The translations under genes and the position numbers were made by a program. A stretch of 61,264 bases of DNA, the filler included. It is 4 parts of 4 records of this genome, joined end to end, with 100 filler letters (N's around TTAATTAATTAA, not from the genome) between each part and the next. Parts side by side here need not be neighbours in the genome. Positions count along the whole stretch, not along the records: positions 51,996 to 61,264 come from DRR723986_1344; 3 more parts are not named here. One strand, given 5' to 3'. Position 1 is the stretch's first letter. Each line of letters starts with the position of its first letter. Positions 61,264 to 61,264 of this stretch are shown one piece after another. The notes under the pieces are model-generated. The model did no database searches. It was not told the DNA's origin and was given only the letters and a program-made list of their open reading frames with translations.

Positions 61264-61264
61264 C

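Overview
The window is not one locus. It is four unrelated contigs joined by artificial 100-nt N linkers carrying TTAATTAATTAA (7001-7100, 29453-29552, 51896-51995); lineage calls below are inferred from gene style. (1) 1-7000, Planctomycete-like: one 2237-aa secreted metzincin protease/adhesin with a C-terminal dockerin, bracketed by GTAG-type REP repeats. (2) 7101-29452, GC-rich FCB-group-like bacterium: NYN nuclease, yicC-gmk, an ATP-grasp protein, a fatty-acid hydroxylase-nuoC-GT9 run, SDR-malK, an RDD/SpoIIM/three paralogous membrane proteins/DUF4129/DUF4350/MoxR/DUF58 locus and YccA. It also has two short tandem arrays that re-copy a gene's stop codon, and the start of a CRISPR array cut by the contig end. 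(3) 29553-51895, AT-richer Bacteroidota (Cyclobacteriaceae-like): tRNA-Leu 3' end, acyltransferase, GAF kinase, cyclophilin, AsmA, an oxidative L-fucose cluster interrupted by a YhcG/DUF1016 nuclease gene, the TIGR03915/TIGR03916 pair and a decayed group II intron. The yhcG gene holds a perfect 25-bp coding palindrome, and a decayed in-frame copy of the same segment lies just upstream. (4) 51996-61264, Marinobacter-like gammaproteobacterium: msrA fragment, metallophosphoesterase, CarS-like protein, fumC, a small ORF divergent from an atypical three-gene signalling unit with a palindromic operator, and a VTC-DUF4956-OprO/P run. The best leads are the yhcG palindrome with its upstream copy, the stop-codon arrays, the truncated CRISPR, the atypical phosphorelay and the VTC/porin operon. 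All family calls come from motif recognition by eye; no searches were run.
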